A DNA stretch of 56,862 nt, filler included, from Candidatus Coatesbacteria bacterium (GTDB taxonomy: Bacteria > JAFGND01), in the NCBI GenBank assembly GCA_016927185.1. It is 3 parts of 3 records of this genome, joined end to end, with 100 filler letters (N's around TTAATTAATTAA, not from the genome) between each part and the next. Parts side by side here need not be neighbours in the genome. Positions count along the whole stretch, not along the records: positions 48,958 to 56,862 come from JAFGND010000069.1; 2 more parts are not named here. The stretch is one strand, 5' to 3'. This document shows, one piece after another, positions 48,858 to 56,862 of the stretch (positions are counted from its first letter, which is position 1; each line of letters starts with the position of its first letter). Both the position numbers and the translations under genes were made by a program. The notes under the pieces are model-generated. The model worked only from the letters and a program-made list of their open reading frames with translations, made no database searches and was not told the origin of the DNA.

Positions 48858-48957
48858 NNNNNNNNNNNNNNNNNNNNNNNNNNNNNNNNNNNNNNNNNNN
48901 NTTAATTAATTAANNNNNNNNNNNNNNNNNNNNNNNNNNNNNNNNNNNNNNNNNNNN
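48858..48957. other. Artificial contig linker
   Basis: N-run with central TTAATTAATTAA. Confidence 0.98.
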
Positions 48958-49042
48958 TATTTTTATAAAAAGACATAATAATTACAGCAACAAATAGCAC
49001 CAACAAGAAAAGAACAAGGAAATAATATTTCCTGTTTTCCAT
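48958..49042 (-). CDS. N-terminal fragment of a membrane or secreted protein, truncated by contig end
   Basis: MENRKYYFLVLFLLVLFVAVIMSFYKN running into Ns. Confidence 0.45.
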
Positions 49043-49087
49043 AATTTATATAATGTTAATTTTTAAAAGTTAGTAAATTGATGCTCC

Positions 49088-49945
49088 TTAGTCTTTCACC
49101 AACCTGAAGCCCAATCCATCACATCTGAAATCTTTTTCTATGCGTGCCTTGCATGATATTCTGAGACAAAAAATATTACTGAACCAGGCTCCTCCTTTAA
49201 TGATATACATTTTTTTCCCACCTATTTCCTCAGATGTTTCAGTAAGTTCCCAGACATTTCCAGACATATCGTAACAACCATAGATGGATTTTCCTGACTT
49301 GTAATGGCCAACTGGAGCAGTTCCAAGATAGCCATCTATCGCATCAGCTGCTGGCTCTTGGGGATATCTTCCTCCATTTGCAAGACCATCCTTCCAGTAA
49401 TTTCCCCAGGGGAATAGCTTGAATACATCTCCGGTTGCAGCTTTTATCCATTCTGGTTCAGTAGGCAATCTTGCAGAAGCCCATTTTGCATAATTCATTG
49501 CATCATCAAATGTTACCTGAACGACCGGGTGATCAAGACTTTTATTTATGCTACTTGCCGGTCCCTGGGGAGATTTCCAATTTGCACCAAACACTTTTCT
49601 TAACTTGCTGGTTCCCATTACATAACCAAATCCTTCTCTTTCTGCCTGGGTTTTGTATTTTGTCTCATTAACAAATTTCTGAAACATCCTGTTAGTTATT
49701 TCATAAGAATATATCATAAATTTCTTTACTTTTACAGTCCTGTTTGGTCTTTCTCTTTTCAGCCAGGAAAGCTCTGGTTCTGCCTGAACTCCAATCCTGT
49801 AAAGATCAATGACTCTATCTATTTGTGTCTCAGGCAATCCAATCTCTACGCTGCCTCCTTCAATTACTGCAAGCTGTGCTTCATCTTTCGTATTGATATT
49901 GCCAAGAAATGCTGGCAGAATAAATATAAAAATGAATATCAGCAT
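49088..49945 (-). CDS. FGE-sulfatase (SUMF1/EgtB/PvdO fold) domain protein, exported
   Basis: EITNRMF, HPVVQVTFDDA, RLPTEPEW, FPWG, YDMSGNVWE, KGGAW, GFRLV. Confidence 0.88.
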   Translation of the reverse strand: MLIFIFIFILPAFLGNINTKDEAQLAVIEGGSVEIGLPETQIDRVIDLYRIGVQAEPELSWLKRERPNRTVKVKKFMIYSYEITNRMFQKFVNETKYKTQAEREGFGYVMGTSKLRKVFGANWKSPQGPASSINKSLDHPVVQVTFDDAMNYAKWASARLPTEPEWIKAATGDVFKLFPWGNYWKDGLANGGRYPQEPAADAIDGYLGTAPVGHYKSGKSIYGCYDMSGNVWELTETSEEIGGKKMYIIKGGAWFSNIFCLRISCKARIEKDFRCDGLGFRLVKD

Positions 49946-51135
49946 CTTTCCTTATGATTTTTTAAGGCTATGGCAATAGATGAATTAAGAGTTTTCCTTA
50001 GTATGTCTATGGAATAGTTTTTCATTACAAATTCTCTTGCTTTCTGCCCCATTATTTCTCTCTTTTCTTTATTCCTCAGACATGATTTGATGAAATTACC
50101 AAATTCCATGATATTTTCTGCAAGCATTATATTATTTTCATCAAGATTATCAAGTCCTTCAGCACCGATTTTTGTTGAAATAACTGCTTTTTGCATAGAC
50201 ATAGCTTGTAAAATTTTATTCCTTGTCCCTGCGGCAACATTAACAGGAGAAATAACTATTGTAGCCTTGTTAATCTCCTGTCTTAAATCATCAACATAAC
50301 CAGTTACAAAGACATTCCTGTTGTCATGGAGTTTCCTTATCTGGGGAGGAGGTTCTGGTCCAGCAATTCTAAGCTGAGTATCAGGGAATTGTTTTAAAAT
50401 ATCATTCCATACAAGTTTATAAAACTCCAGAATTGCCTCTTGATTGACGAGTGCTTTCATTACACCTGTAAAAAGTATTATGTTATTCTTTTCAAGGCTT
50501 TTATCAGGAGCATAATACTCAGTATCAACTACATTAGGAACAACAACTATTCTTGGTAAAGCCTCCTGGGATATTTTCTCTAAATATTCCTTGTCATTTC
50601 TGCTACAAACTGCTGTCAAATCAAATTTCTTTATTGCCTCAACTTCATATCTTTTTATCTTTGGGAACTCTTCATAATTGATAAGAAACTCTAATCCCCT
50701 ACCCTTTCCTTTCGCTCTTTCATAATGTAATGCTGTTGCATCTGTTAAATCAAGAATATTTGGTATTTTTTCAAGATATATGCCATATTGTGCTAACCTT
50801 TTTCTCTTTACTATTACGCAATCGAAATGCTGGTTCTTAAGCAATTCAAGAAGAAAATGAGTAAAGTCCTGGGAATAATAATAGGCAACTCTCAGGGGAA
50901 TTCTACTGAAAAGCGCAATTGCACAATTAACCCATGATTTCCATGCCGGCAAAAGGAAAGTATATGAATCATAAAGATACTTATGAAGAGGGACAAGTTT
51001 TTCCTTCCTATTTTCATTCTTTATAAATGAAAGAAGTACTATTTCATGATCAGCAGACAAAGCTTTCAAGTGGTTTAATGAGCGTATCCGGCTTAATTCA
51101 TCAGGAACTGAAGGAGTTATGAATAGTATTTTCAC
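49939..51135 (-). CDS. Glycosyltransferase family 4
   Basis: MKILFIT, VVPNVVDTEYY, VTGYVDD, GTRNKILQAM..AVIST.IGAEG. Confidence 0.9.
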   Translation of the reverse strand: MKILFITPSVPDELSRIRSLNHLKALSADHEIVLLSFIKNENRKEKLVPLHKYLYDSYTFLLPAWKSWVNCAIALFSRIPLRVAYYYSQDFTHFLLELLKNQHFDCVIVKRKRLAQYGIYLEKIPNILDLTDATALHYERAKGKGRGLEFLINYEEFPKIKRYEVEAIKKFDLTAVCSRNDKEYLEKISQEALPRIVVVPNVVDTEYYAPDKSLEKNNIILFTGVMKALVNQEAILEFYKLVWNDILKQFPDTQLRIAGPEPPPQIRKLHDNRNVFVTGYVDDLRQEINKATIVISPVNVAAGTRNKILQAMSMQKAVISTKIGAEGLDNLDENNIMLAENIMEFGNFIKSCLRNKEKREIMGQKAREFVMKNYSIDILRKTLNSSIAIALKNHKERC

Positions 51136-51325
51136 TATGCTCTCTATTTTCTTTTTATCTTTATATTGTCAAGCATTGATTCATAAATAAAAGAATATCA
51201 ATAAAGTATAACTATTTTAGTCTTGACAATAATACCTCACAAATAAAGTCAGTCAATCGGGTCACTAAGGTAAAACATTATAACAATACAAGTTAGGGAA
51301 ATTGTCTTATGGAAGGAGATTGAAG

Positions 51326-51610
51326 ATGACAAAAGCCGGAATAGTTGACAAGATTAACAAAACAACTGGTTTTACAAAGAAAGACATTGCAATCATTATT
51401 GACCATTTTCTGGATTTCATTCAGGATTCTCTTGTTGAAAAAGGCAGGGTTGATCTGAGGAAATTCGGAAACTTTGTAATAAAGGAAAGAAAAAGCAGAA
51501 TAGCAAGAAATCCAAGAACCAATCAAGAAGTCAAAATCCCTGGAAGGGAAGTTCCTATTTTCAAGCCTTCTCGTGTTTTCAAGGAAAAAGTTAATAATCG
51601 CAAGAAATAA
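51326..51610 (+). CDS. HU/IHF family DNA-binding protein
   Basis: MTKA.IV, LRKFGNF, R..RIARNPRT...V.IP...P.FKPS. Confidence 0.93.
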   Translation: MTKAGIVDKINKTTGFTKKDIAIIIDHFLDFIQDSLVEKGRVDLRKFGNFVIKERKSRIARNPRTNQEVKIPGREVPIFKPSRVFKEKVNNRKK

Positions 51611-51628
51611 TTGATTGGAAGGAAAAAA

Positions 51629-51724
51629 ATGCCAAGCGGAAAAAAAAGAAAAAGACAGAAAATTGCTACTCATAAGCGTAAAAAAAGACTAAGGAAAAAC
51701 CGTCATAAGAAGAAGCTGCGTTGA
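51629..51724 (+). CDS. 31-aa basic protein, bS22/AURKAIP1-COX24-like ribosomal protein (absent from ORF track)
   Basis: MPSGKKRKRQKIATHKRKKRLRKNRHKKKLR. GAAGGA RBS. Stop overlaps next TTG start. Confidence 0.8.
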   Translation: MPSGKKRKRQKIATHKRKKRLRKNRHKKKLR

Positions 51725-52215
51725 AAAAACTGGCGGTAATATCAGATACTCATCTAACATATATTGACAAACTCCCTGAAAAACTTAAAGAAGCACTTCA
51801 GGGAGTTGATTTTATTTGTCATGCAGGAGATATCATAAGCGAAGAAATCCTGAACCAGTTTTCGATGATTGCACCAGTGAAAGCTGTCAAAGGCAATATG
51901 GACAATGACAAAATCAGAATGCTTTTAAAAGACAGTCTTTCTTTTATAGTAGAAAACAGGAAAATTATTCTTTTTCATGGTTTCGGAGCACCTGATGGTC
52001 TTGGAATGAGGGTATATACTCAATTCGCTAATGAAAATCCTGACGTCATTATTTTTGGACATAGCCATATACCAACAATTTACTGGCATAAAGGAGTACT
52101 TCTTTTAAATCCAGGCAGCATTAGCAGGCCTAGATCAGGATTGCCAACCATTTCATTCCTAACAATAGATGGATGTGAGATAACTCCTGAAATACATATT
52201 CTGAAAGATATTTAA
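51721..52215 (+). CDS. Metallophosphoesterase, YfcE/MJ0936 family
   Basis: ISDTH, HAGD, KGNMD, FHG, FGHSH.P, NPGS. Confidence 0.92.
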   Translation: MKKLAVISDTHLTYIDKLPEKLKEALQGVDFICHAGDIISEEILNQFSMIAPVKAVKGNMDNDKIRMLLKDSLSFIVENRKIILFHGFGAPDGLGMRVYTQFANENPDVIIFGHSHIPTIYWHKGVLLLNPGSISRPRSGLPTISFLTIDGCEITPEIHILKDI

Positions 52216-53687
52216 TGTCCTTGAATATTTTTCTGACTTCACTTTTGTTGTTGCTAGGAAATCATAAAACAAGGATAATTTATTTCTATTCACAGGATTG
52301 CGTGAAATGCAAGTATCTTGAAGAAGTCTTCTTTCCTGTACTGAGGAAAGAGATAGACTTTGACATAGAAAGTCATAACATAAATCTGAAAAAAGAATAT
52401 CTACTACTTCTGAAATATGAGAAAGAGCTAAAACAGGAAGGAAATGAAGTTCCCATCGTAGTTGTGGGAGATGAAATACTTGGAGGCAAGGAAAAAATAA
52501 TGCAGCAGTTATCAAAATCACTGCTTAAGAAAAAAAACACAGTAGAAATCAACTATAGTGAAATAGATACACTATCTGCAAAGAAAATTTTCAGAACAAA
52601 ACCTATACATATTTACCTAATATCCAAAACTGACTGCAAGGAATGCATGAGGGTTCTTAGGGATCTTTCATTCTTGAAAGAAAAGTATCCTGATATAGTG
52701 TTGCATGAATATGATATCTTAAAAAAATCTGATGTTGCTGATATAGAATACTTCGGAAAACAGCTTGATATTCAACCGTCAAAAAGACTGATAGCACCAT
52801 CCTTGTATATTGGGAAAAATATAATTCAGAATGATAATGAAATGTCACTTGCTGCTATTGAGGAAATCATAAAAAAATCAAGCGAGACAGGAGCAGAAGA
52901 ACTTAAACTAGTTGGTGAGGATGATAAAAAAGAAATAAAGGAAGATTTGAAAAAAAGATTCAGGACATTCAAGTCTGGTGCAATATTACTTGCAGGGCTT
53001 ATTGATGGAGTTAATCCATGCGCATTTGCAACAATAATTTTTTTCATATCGTACTTGAGTTTTCTGGGAAAAGGATCCAGGCAAATCCTGATAGCTGGAA
53101 TATTGTTTACTCTTGGTGTTTTTCTTACTTATATAATCATAGGATTAGGTCTATTCGAAATCGTTAAAAAATTGACAATACTCGAATTGATAAGCAGAAT
53201 AGTTTATTATGGAATGTCAATATTTCTGCTAGTCCTATCTATTTTATCATTCAAAGATGCTTATATTGCAAGAAAAGAGAATTTTGAATCTGATGATCTA
53301 TCATTGGTTTTACCTTCTGCGTTAAAAAAATTGAACAAGAGGATAATCAGATGGGCGAATAATACTACATCAATATATCTAACAAGCATGTTGATAGGTT
53401 CTTTAATCTCTATGGTATCATTTGTTTGTACAGGTCAAATCTATCTTCCAACTATCATGTATGTTTTGGGGGAAAAAGATTTAAAAGTTCAAGCTCATTT
53501 TTTTCTCGTATTGTATAATATTGCATTCATATTACCTCTTGTAGCAGTTTTTATAATTGTTTTTGCAGGTGTAAGAAGTGAACAACTCGGTTCATGGATG
53601 AACAGAAATCTCAGCCTTGTAAAAATCTTGACAGGAATCGTATTTCTTGCTCTGGGTTTACTGTTATTTTGGATTACTTATAAATAG
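52215..53687 (+). CDS. Two thioredoxin/glutaredoxin-like domains fused to a CcdA/DsbD-type membrane domain
   Basis: CVKC and CKEC motifs, AGLIDGVNPCAF, VCTGQIYLP, LYNIAFILPL. Confidence 0.85.
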   Translation: MSLNIFLTSLLLLLGNHKTRIIYFYSQDCVKCKYLEEVFFPVLRKEIDFDIESHNINLKKEYLLLLKYEKELKQEGNEVPIVVVGDEILGGKEKIMQQLSKSLLKKKNTVEINYSEIDTLSAKKIFRTKPIHIYLISKTDCKECMRVLRDLSFLKEKYPDIVLHEYDILKKSDVADIEYFGKQLDIQPSKRLIAPSLYIGKNIIQNDNEMSLAAIEEIIKKSSETGAEELKLVGEDDKKEIKEDLKKRFRTFKSGAILLAGLIDGVNPCAFATIIFFISYLSFLGKGSRQILIAGILFTLGVFLTYIIIGLGLFEIVKKLTILELISRIVYYGMSIFLLVLSILSFKDAYIARKENFESDDLSLVLPSALKKLNKRIIRWANNTTSIYLTSMLIGSLISMVSFVCTGQIYLPTIMYVLGEKDLKVQAHFFLVLYNIAFILPLVAVFIIVFAGVRSEQLGSWMNRNLSLVKILTGIVFLALGLLLFWITYK

Positions 53688-53690
53688 CTG

Positions 53691-54239
53691 ATGCAAGAAA
53701 CAATGCGTCTTTTTATTTCTCTTGACTTCAATGATGAAGCAATAGATTATTTATCTGAGTATGCGAAGAAAATTCAGAAGATTGACAGGTACATAAGATT
53801 TACAAAATCACAGAATCTTCATATAACTCTTAAGTTTATCGGGGAAAAGAAATCCAATATTCTTGATGATCTTACAAAAAGCCTTGATACTATTTCTTTC
53901 AGGGAAAGAGTGAAAATAGAAATCAATGGTTATGGTTTTTTTCCAAATCATTGGAAACCAAGAATTTTCTGGGCTGCCATAGTAAAACCTGTAGATATCT
54001 TGACAGGCATTTCAAAAGAAATAGACAGTCTTTTATTTAAGAGAATGCAAATTCCCATGGAGAAAAGGGATTTTGTTCCACATTTGACTTTGGGAAGATT
54101 GAAAGACATTAAATATAAGACTATACCAGAATTTCCGAATCCAGAACTGTCAACAGAACTTTATCCGATAAGATTGAAAAAATCCATATTAACATCTGAA
54201 GGTCCAGTATATGAGACTTTGTGGGAAATTCAGCCCTGA
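53691..54239 (+). CDS. thpR: RNA 2',3'-cyclic phosphodiesterase
   Basis: MRLFIS, NLHITLKFIG and PHLTLGR (two HxT motifs), S.LTSEGPVY. Confidence 0.92.
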   Translation: MQETMRLFISLDFNDEAIDYLSEYAKKIQKIDRYIRFTKSQNLHITLKFIGEKKSNILDDLTKSLDTISFRERVKIEINGYGFFPNHWKPRIFWAAIVKPVDILTGISKEIDSLLFKRMQIPMEKRDFVPHLTLGRLKDIKYKTIPEFPNPELSTELYPIRLKKSILTSEGPVYETLWEIQP

Positions 54240-56070
54240 ACTGCTGTTATTCTGTTTGTTCCTGTGGTTTTCTGTCTCAAGCGCAGATGATACGGGAGGA
54301 TATGAAAGCAGCAGTACTGGAACTGGAACAGGCACAAGTTCAGGTACAGGAGAACCTCCCAAGACAGGTGTTTACTTCTCGTTTTCAAATAATGACGATA
54401 CAAGCAGCTTAAGCCAGAATGCCTATTATATAGAAAACCTCACTCAAAATATTTCTGTATCAAGTTCTAACATAGCAACTGCAAGGGATGAACTGAATAT
54501 AGATGAAGAATCAAGAAGATTCAGCACTAAAAACGATATTGGTTATGATTTCATGAATTTTGCAAAGCTCTCCATGTCATATAATCATTCAAAAAGCCAG
54601 GATTATGAATCTGGTGAAGAAAGATTATTGACTTTGTCAGATGATATATCTGCCGGGCTTCTGGTAAAACCTTATCAAGATATAATCCTGTCTGGAAGAT
54701 ATGGTCATTCGGGTGAGAAAACTTATTCTTACGAAAGCTCTGAAGAAAAGGATTATGGAAGAACGGGCAGCTGGGCTGGTAGTTATAATAATGATCTAAC
54801 CAGAACACTGAAAGTAGGTCTTGACTACAGCCATAATTTCTATTTCAGAGAATTGACAGAATCCAATATTCATAGATTGAGTGGTTCCATAGCTAAAAGA
54901 ATATTTGAAGATGGTGTAATCAATTACGGAGCAGAGCAATCATATAGTAAGGAAACAAATAAAAACAGTTATAGAGATAGCGAAGAAAAAAAATATTCAG
55001 CTTCTTTTTCATATAAACTTCCATATGAAATAAAAAGCATGCTTGGATACAACTATGGAGTTACAAATGATACCACTTCAACAGATTCTACTTCAAGCAG
55101 TTCTTTCAGTAAGGGTTTTACTCAGGGATTAGCTGCAAATTTATCTGCGGATATCTTCAATAACCTGAGCTTGACTGGTTCTTTGTCTAAGACCTATTTC
55201 AAGAAGAACTATACTGCATCAATTAATGACTACTATTCGAATTCAAATAGTCTTTCATCGCAGATGTCTTACAAAATGCCTCCATGGGGAAGTATAGATT
55301 TCACAAGGAGCTTTAAACTGGACCAGTTTTTTCTGGAAAATGAAAGAAACGAAAATGACAGAGACAATTATTCCTCTACGACATCACTAAGATTTGATAT
55401 AATTCCCACTAGTTTTCTTACTCTATTCCTTACAGTAGGAGGAGAAGAGAATGCTATCAAGTATATAAAATCATCTCATAGTGCTGACAACAAGACAACA
55501 ACAGCATATCAATTCCTTCCTGGAATGACTTTTGTCCCTGCCCAAAAGCTTTCAGTAACACAAACATTTAATATAAAGGCTACTTATACAAGATATGATT
55601 TTCAAGACTATGCCCCTACTGATGATTATTTATACAGACAATGGGGTGTCGTATATTATGCAGTTTATAACTTCACACAAATATGGTCACTGTCATCAGC
55701 ATATAGTCATAATCAAATGGATGAAGGAGTATATTCATATAGTCAGAGTAAGAAAAAGGAGATATTTTATCCAAGTAATAAGCGTATAGAAGACGGAATT
55801 AGCCTTGCCATACAATTTAATCCTTCACAAAAATGGAAAAACAGCCTTGGCGGAGATTTAGACTGGACAGATTACTACACTAATGTTAATGGTGAATGGA
55901 AAGAATCTGTTACCGGAATTCTTTTGCAAAAAACGTTATCAACAAGCATTGAATATACATATAGTAAATATTCAAGATTAAAAATGAACGCAAGTCGTAT
56001 TTTTCCAGAGGATGAACCAGCATATTGGCAATTCAGCCTTGGATTGAGTTATTCTCCATACTTGCAATAA
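54211..56070 (+). CDS. Putative outer-membrane beta-barrel protein
   Basis: Signal peptide, S/T/G linker, alternating aromatic strands rich in Y/S/N/D, terminal strand WQFSLGLSY. Confidence 0.65.
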   Translation: MRLCGKFSPELLLFCLFLWFSVSSADDTGGYESSSTGTGTGTSSGTGEPPKTGVYFSFSNNDDTSSLSQNAYYIENLTQNISVSSSNIATARDELNIDEESRRFSTKNDIGYDFMNFAKLSMSYNHSKSQDYESGEERLLTLSDDISAGLLVKPYQDIILSGRYGHSGEKTYSYESSEEKDYGRTGSWAGSYNNDLTRTLKVGLDYSHNFYFRELTESNIHRLSGSIAKRIFEDGVINYGAEQSYSKETNKNSYRDSEEKKYSASFSYKLPYEIKSMLGYNYGVTNDTTSTDSTSSSSFSKGFTQGLAANLSADIFNNLSLTGSLSKTYFKKNYTASINDYYSNSNSLSSQMSYKMPPWGSIDFTRSFKLDQFFLENERNENDRDNYSSTTSLRFDIIPTSFLTLFLTVGGEENAIKYIKSSHSADNKTTTAYQFLPGMTFVPAQKLSVTQTFNIKATYTRYDFQDYAPTDDYLYRQWGVVYYAVYNFTQIWSLSSAYSHNQMDEGVYSYSQSKKKEIFYPSNKRIEDGISLAIQFNPSQKWKNSLGGDLDWTDYYTNVNGEWKESVTGILLQKTLSTSIEYTYSKYSRLKMNASRIFPEDEPAYWQFSLGLSYSPYLQ

Positions 56071-56072
56071 AA

Positions 56073-56642
56073 TTACAAATTCTTTATTCTTTCTAAATCT
56101 ATATTCTTTATGAATTCGATGAACACCTTGTCATTGGAAAATTTCAAAGATTCTGAAGATGAAGTATTAAGACCAGGTCCATTAATCCCTATTCTGATTC
56201 TTCCAACTTTAATCTGCATGAAGCTATTCTGAACAAAGACAGCAGGATAATCCATGATTTTGTTTGTGAATGCCTTGAAATTCTCAGGACAATATTTGAA
56301 ATCATCTATTGTAATTTCAAGTACAGCGGATTGAGGATCCTTCTCATCATTTCTTATCGGAAAAAGTAGCCAGGTAATCTGACTGGTTTTATTTACAAGG
56401 TTTACTGTAGCTGATTCTTCAACTAGTTTATAATCTCTTGAAAACCTTTCAGGTATTTTAGGGCGTAGAGATCTTAATTGTTCAAGTGATAAAATGTCTG
56501 CTTCCTCATTTTCCTTAGTCTCTTTCTTGCTTTCTTCTTCTTTTGAATCAACTTCCTTGCTATCCTTTGTTTCCTTTACAACAGGTTTTGAGCATCCTGC
56601 TATTAATAGAATTAGCAATATATAGTAGACTATTTTTTTCAT
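56073..56642 (-). CDS. Hypothetical lipoprotein
   Basis: MKKIVYYILLILLIAGC lipobox from ATG 56642. Confidence 0.7.
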   Translation of the reverse strand: MKKIVYYILLILLIAGCSKPVVKETKDSKEVDSKEEESKKETKENEEADILSLEQLRSLRPKIPERFSRDYKLVEESATVNLVNKTSQITWLLFPIRNDEKDPQSAVLEITIDDFKYCPENFKAFTNKIMDYPAVFVQNSFMQIKVGRIRIGINGPGLNTSSSESLKFSNDKVFIEFIKNIDLERIKNL

Positions 56643-56723
56643 ATGCTGATCACTGAAATCAAGTTGCTCTGAGTCAAGAAAAACATGGTTGACTATAAAC
56701 ATCATGGTAAGGAACTTGTTATT

Positions 56724-56862
56724 ATGAAGATTATGCATTTAGTTACAATTGGAACTGGTGAAGCAGGTGGAAAAGAGACTTTTTTGATTGACTTATTAAA
56801 TGCAATTTTCAATATGAATTCAGCAACAATAAAGCTTGTTTCTTTTGAGGAGAACATAACAA
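56724..56862 (+). CDS. Glycosyltransferase family 4 N-terminus (3' truncated by window edge)
   Basis: MKIMHLVTIGTGEAGGKETFLIDLLNA matches the GT4 N-terminal pattern. Frame open to the end. Confidence 0.6.
   Translation, partial: MKIMHLVTIGTGEAGGKETFLIDLLNAIFNMNSATIKLVSFEENIT

Noticed and set aside
49088..51135. FGE-fold gene plus glycosyltransferase near selC, resembling a senAB selenoneine cluster
   Set aside because: A contig linker separates them from selC. The FGE protein has a signal peptide and no DinB-like/EgtB iron motif, the GT4 looks like a polysaccharide transferase, and no selD/senC is present.

Overview
Low-GC (roughly one third G+C by eye) DNA from a diderm, probably anaerobic bacterium using the standard code (TGA is a normal stop here). 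The BamD, Rnf and several T9SS-like C-terminal sorting domains point to an uncultured FCB-associated lineage (inference). The window is three contigs joined by N-TTAATTAATTAA-N linkers (19570-19669, 48858-48957), so gene neighbourhoods across those gaps are meaningless. Contig 1: rocD, a B12/radical SAM enzyme, bamD, pyrBI, a GH84 hydrolase, murI, rpmB, tRNA-Cys, tRNA-Gly, secreted beta-propeller, glycosidase and M6-like proteins, and an XPB helicase. Contig 2: tRNA-Arg, ssb, a complete rnfCDGEAB operon, a divergent four-gene uncharacterised membrane cluster, a pair of membrane-anchored Lon-like protease paralogs, an M1 peptidase, wza/wzc-like genes and tRNA-Sec. Contig 3: FGE-like and GT4 genes, HU, a tiny basic ribosomal-type protein, a phosphoesterase, a CcdA/thioredoxin fusion, thpR and a beta-barrel protein. 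The best find is a 48-aa membrane microprotein, missed by the ORF track, that lies 7 nt behind tRNA-Sec. It reads through an in-frame UGA to give a U-x-x-C-I-G-I-G terminus, and a SECIS-like hairpin there could double as the terminator. Other leads are an active/dead Lon-like protease pair, an M6 pseudo-protease lacking HExxH, the membrane cluster facing rnf, and REP-like repeats framing the secreted propeller genes. All calls come from motif recognition without database searches.
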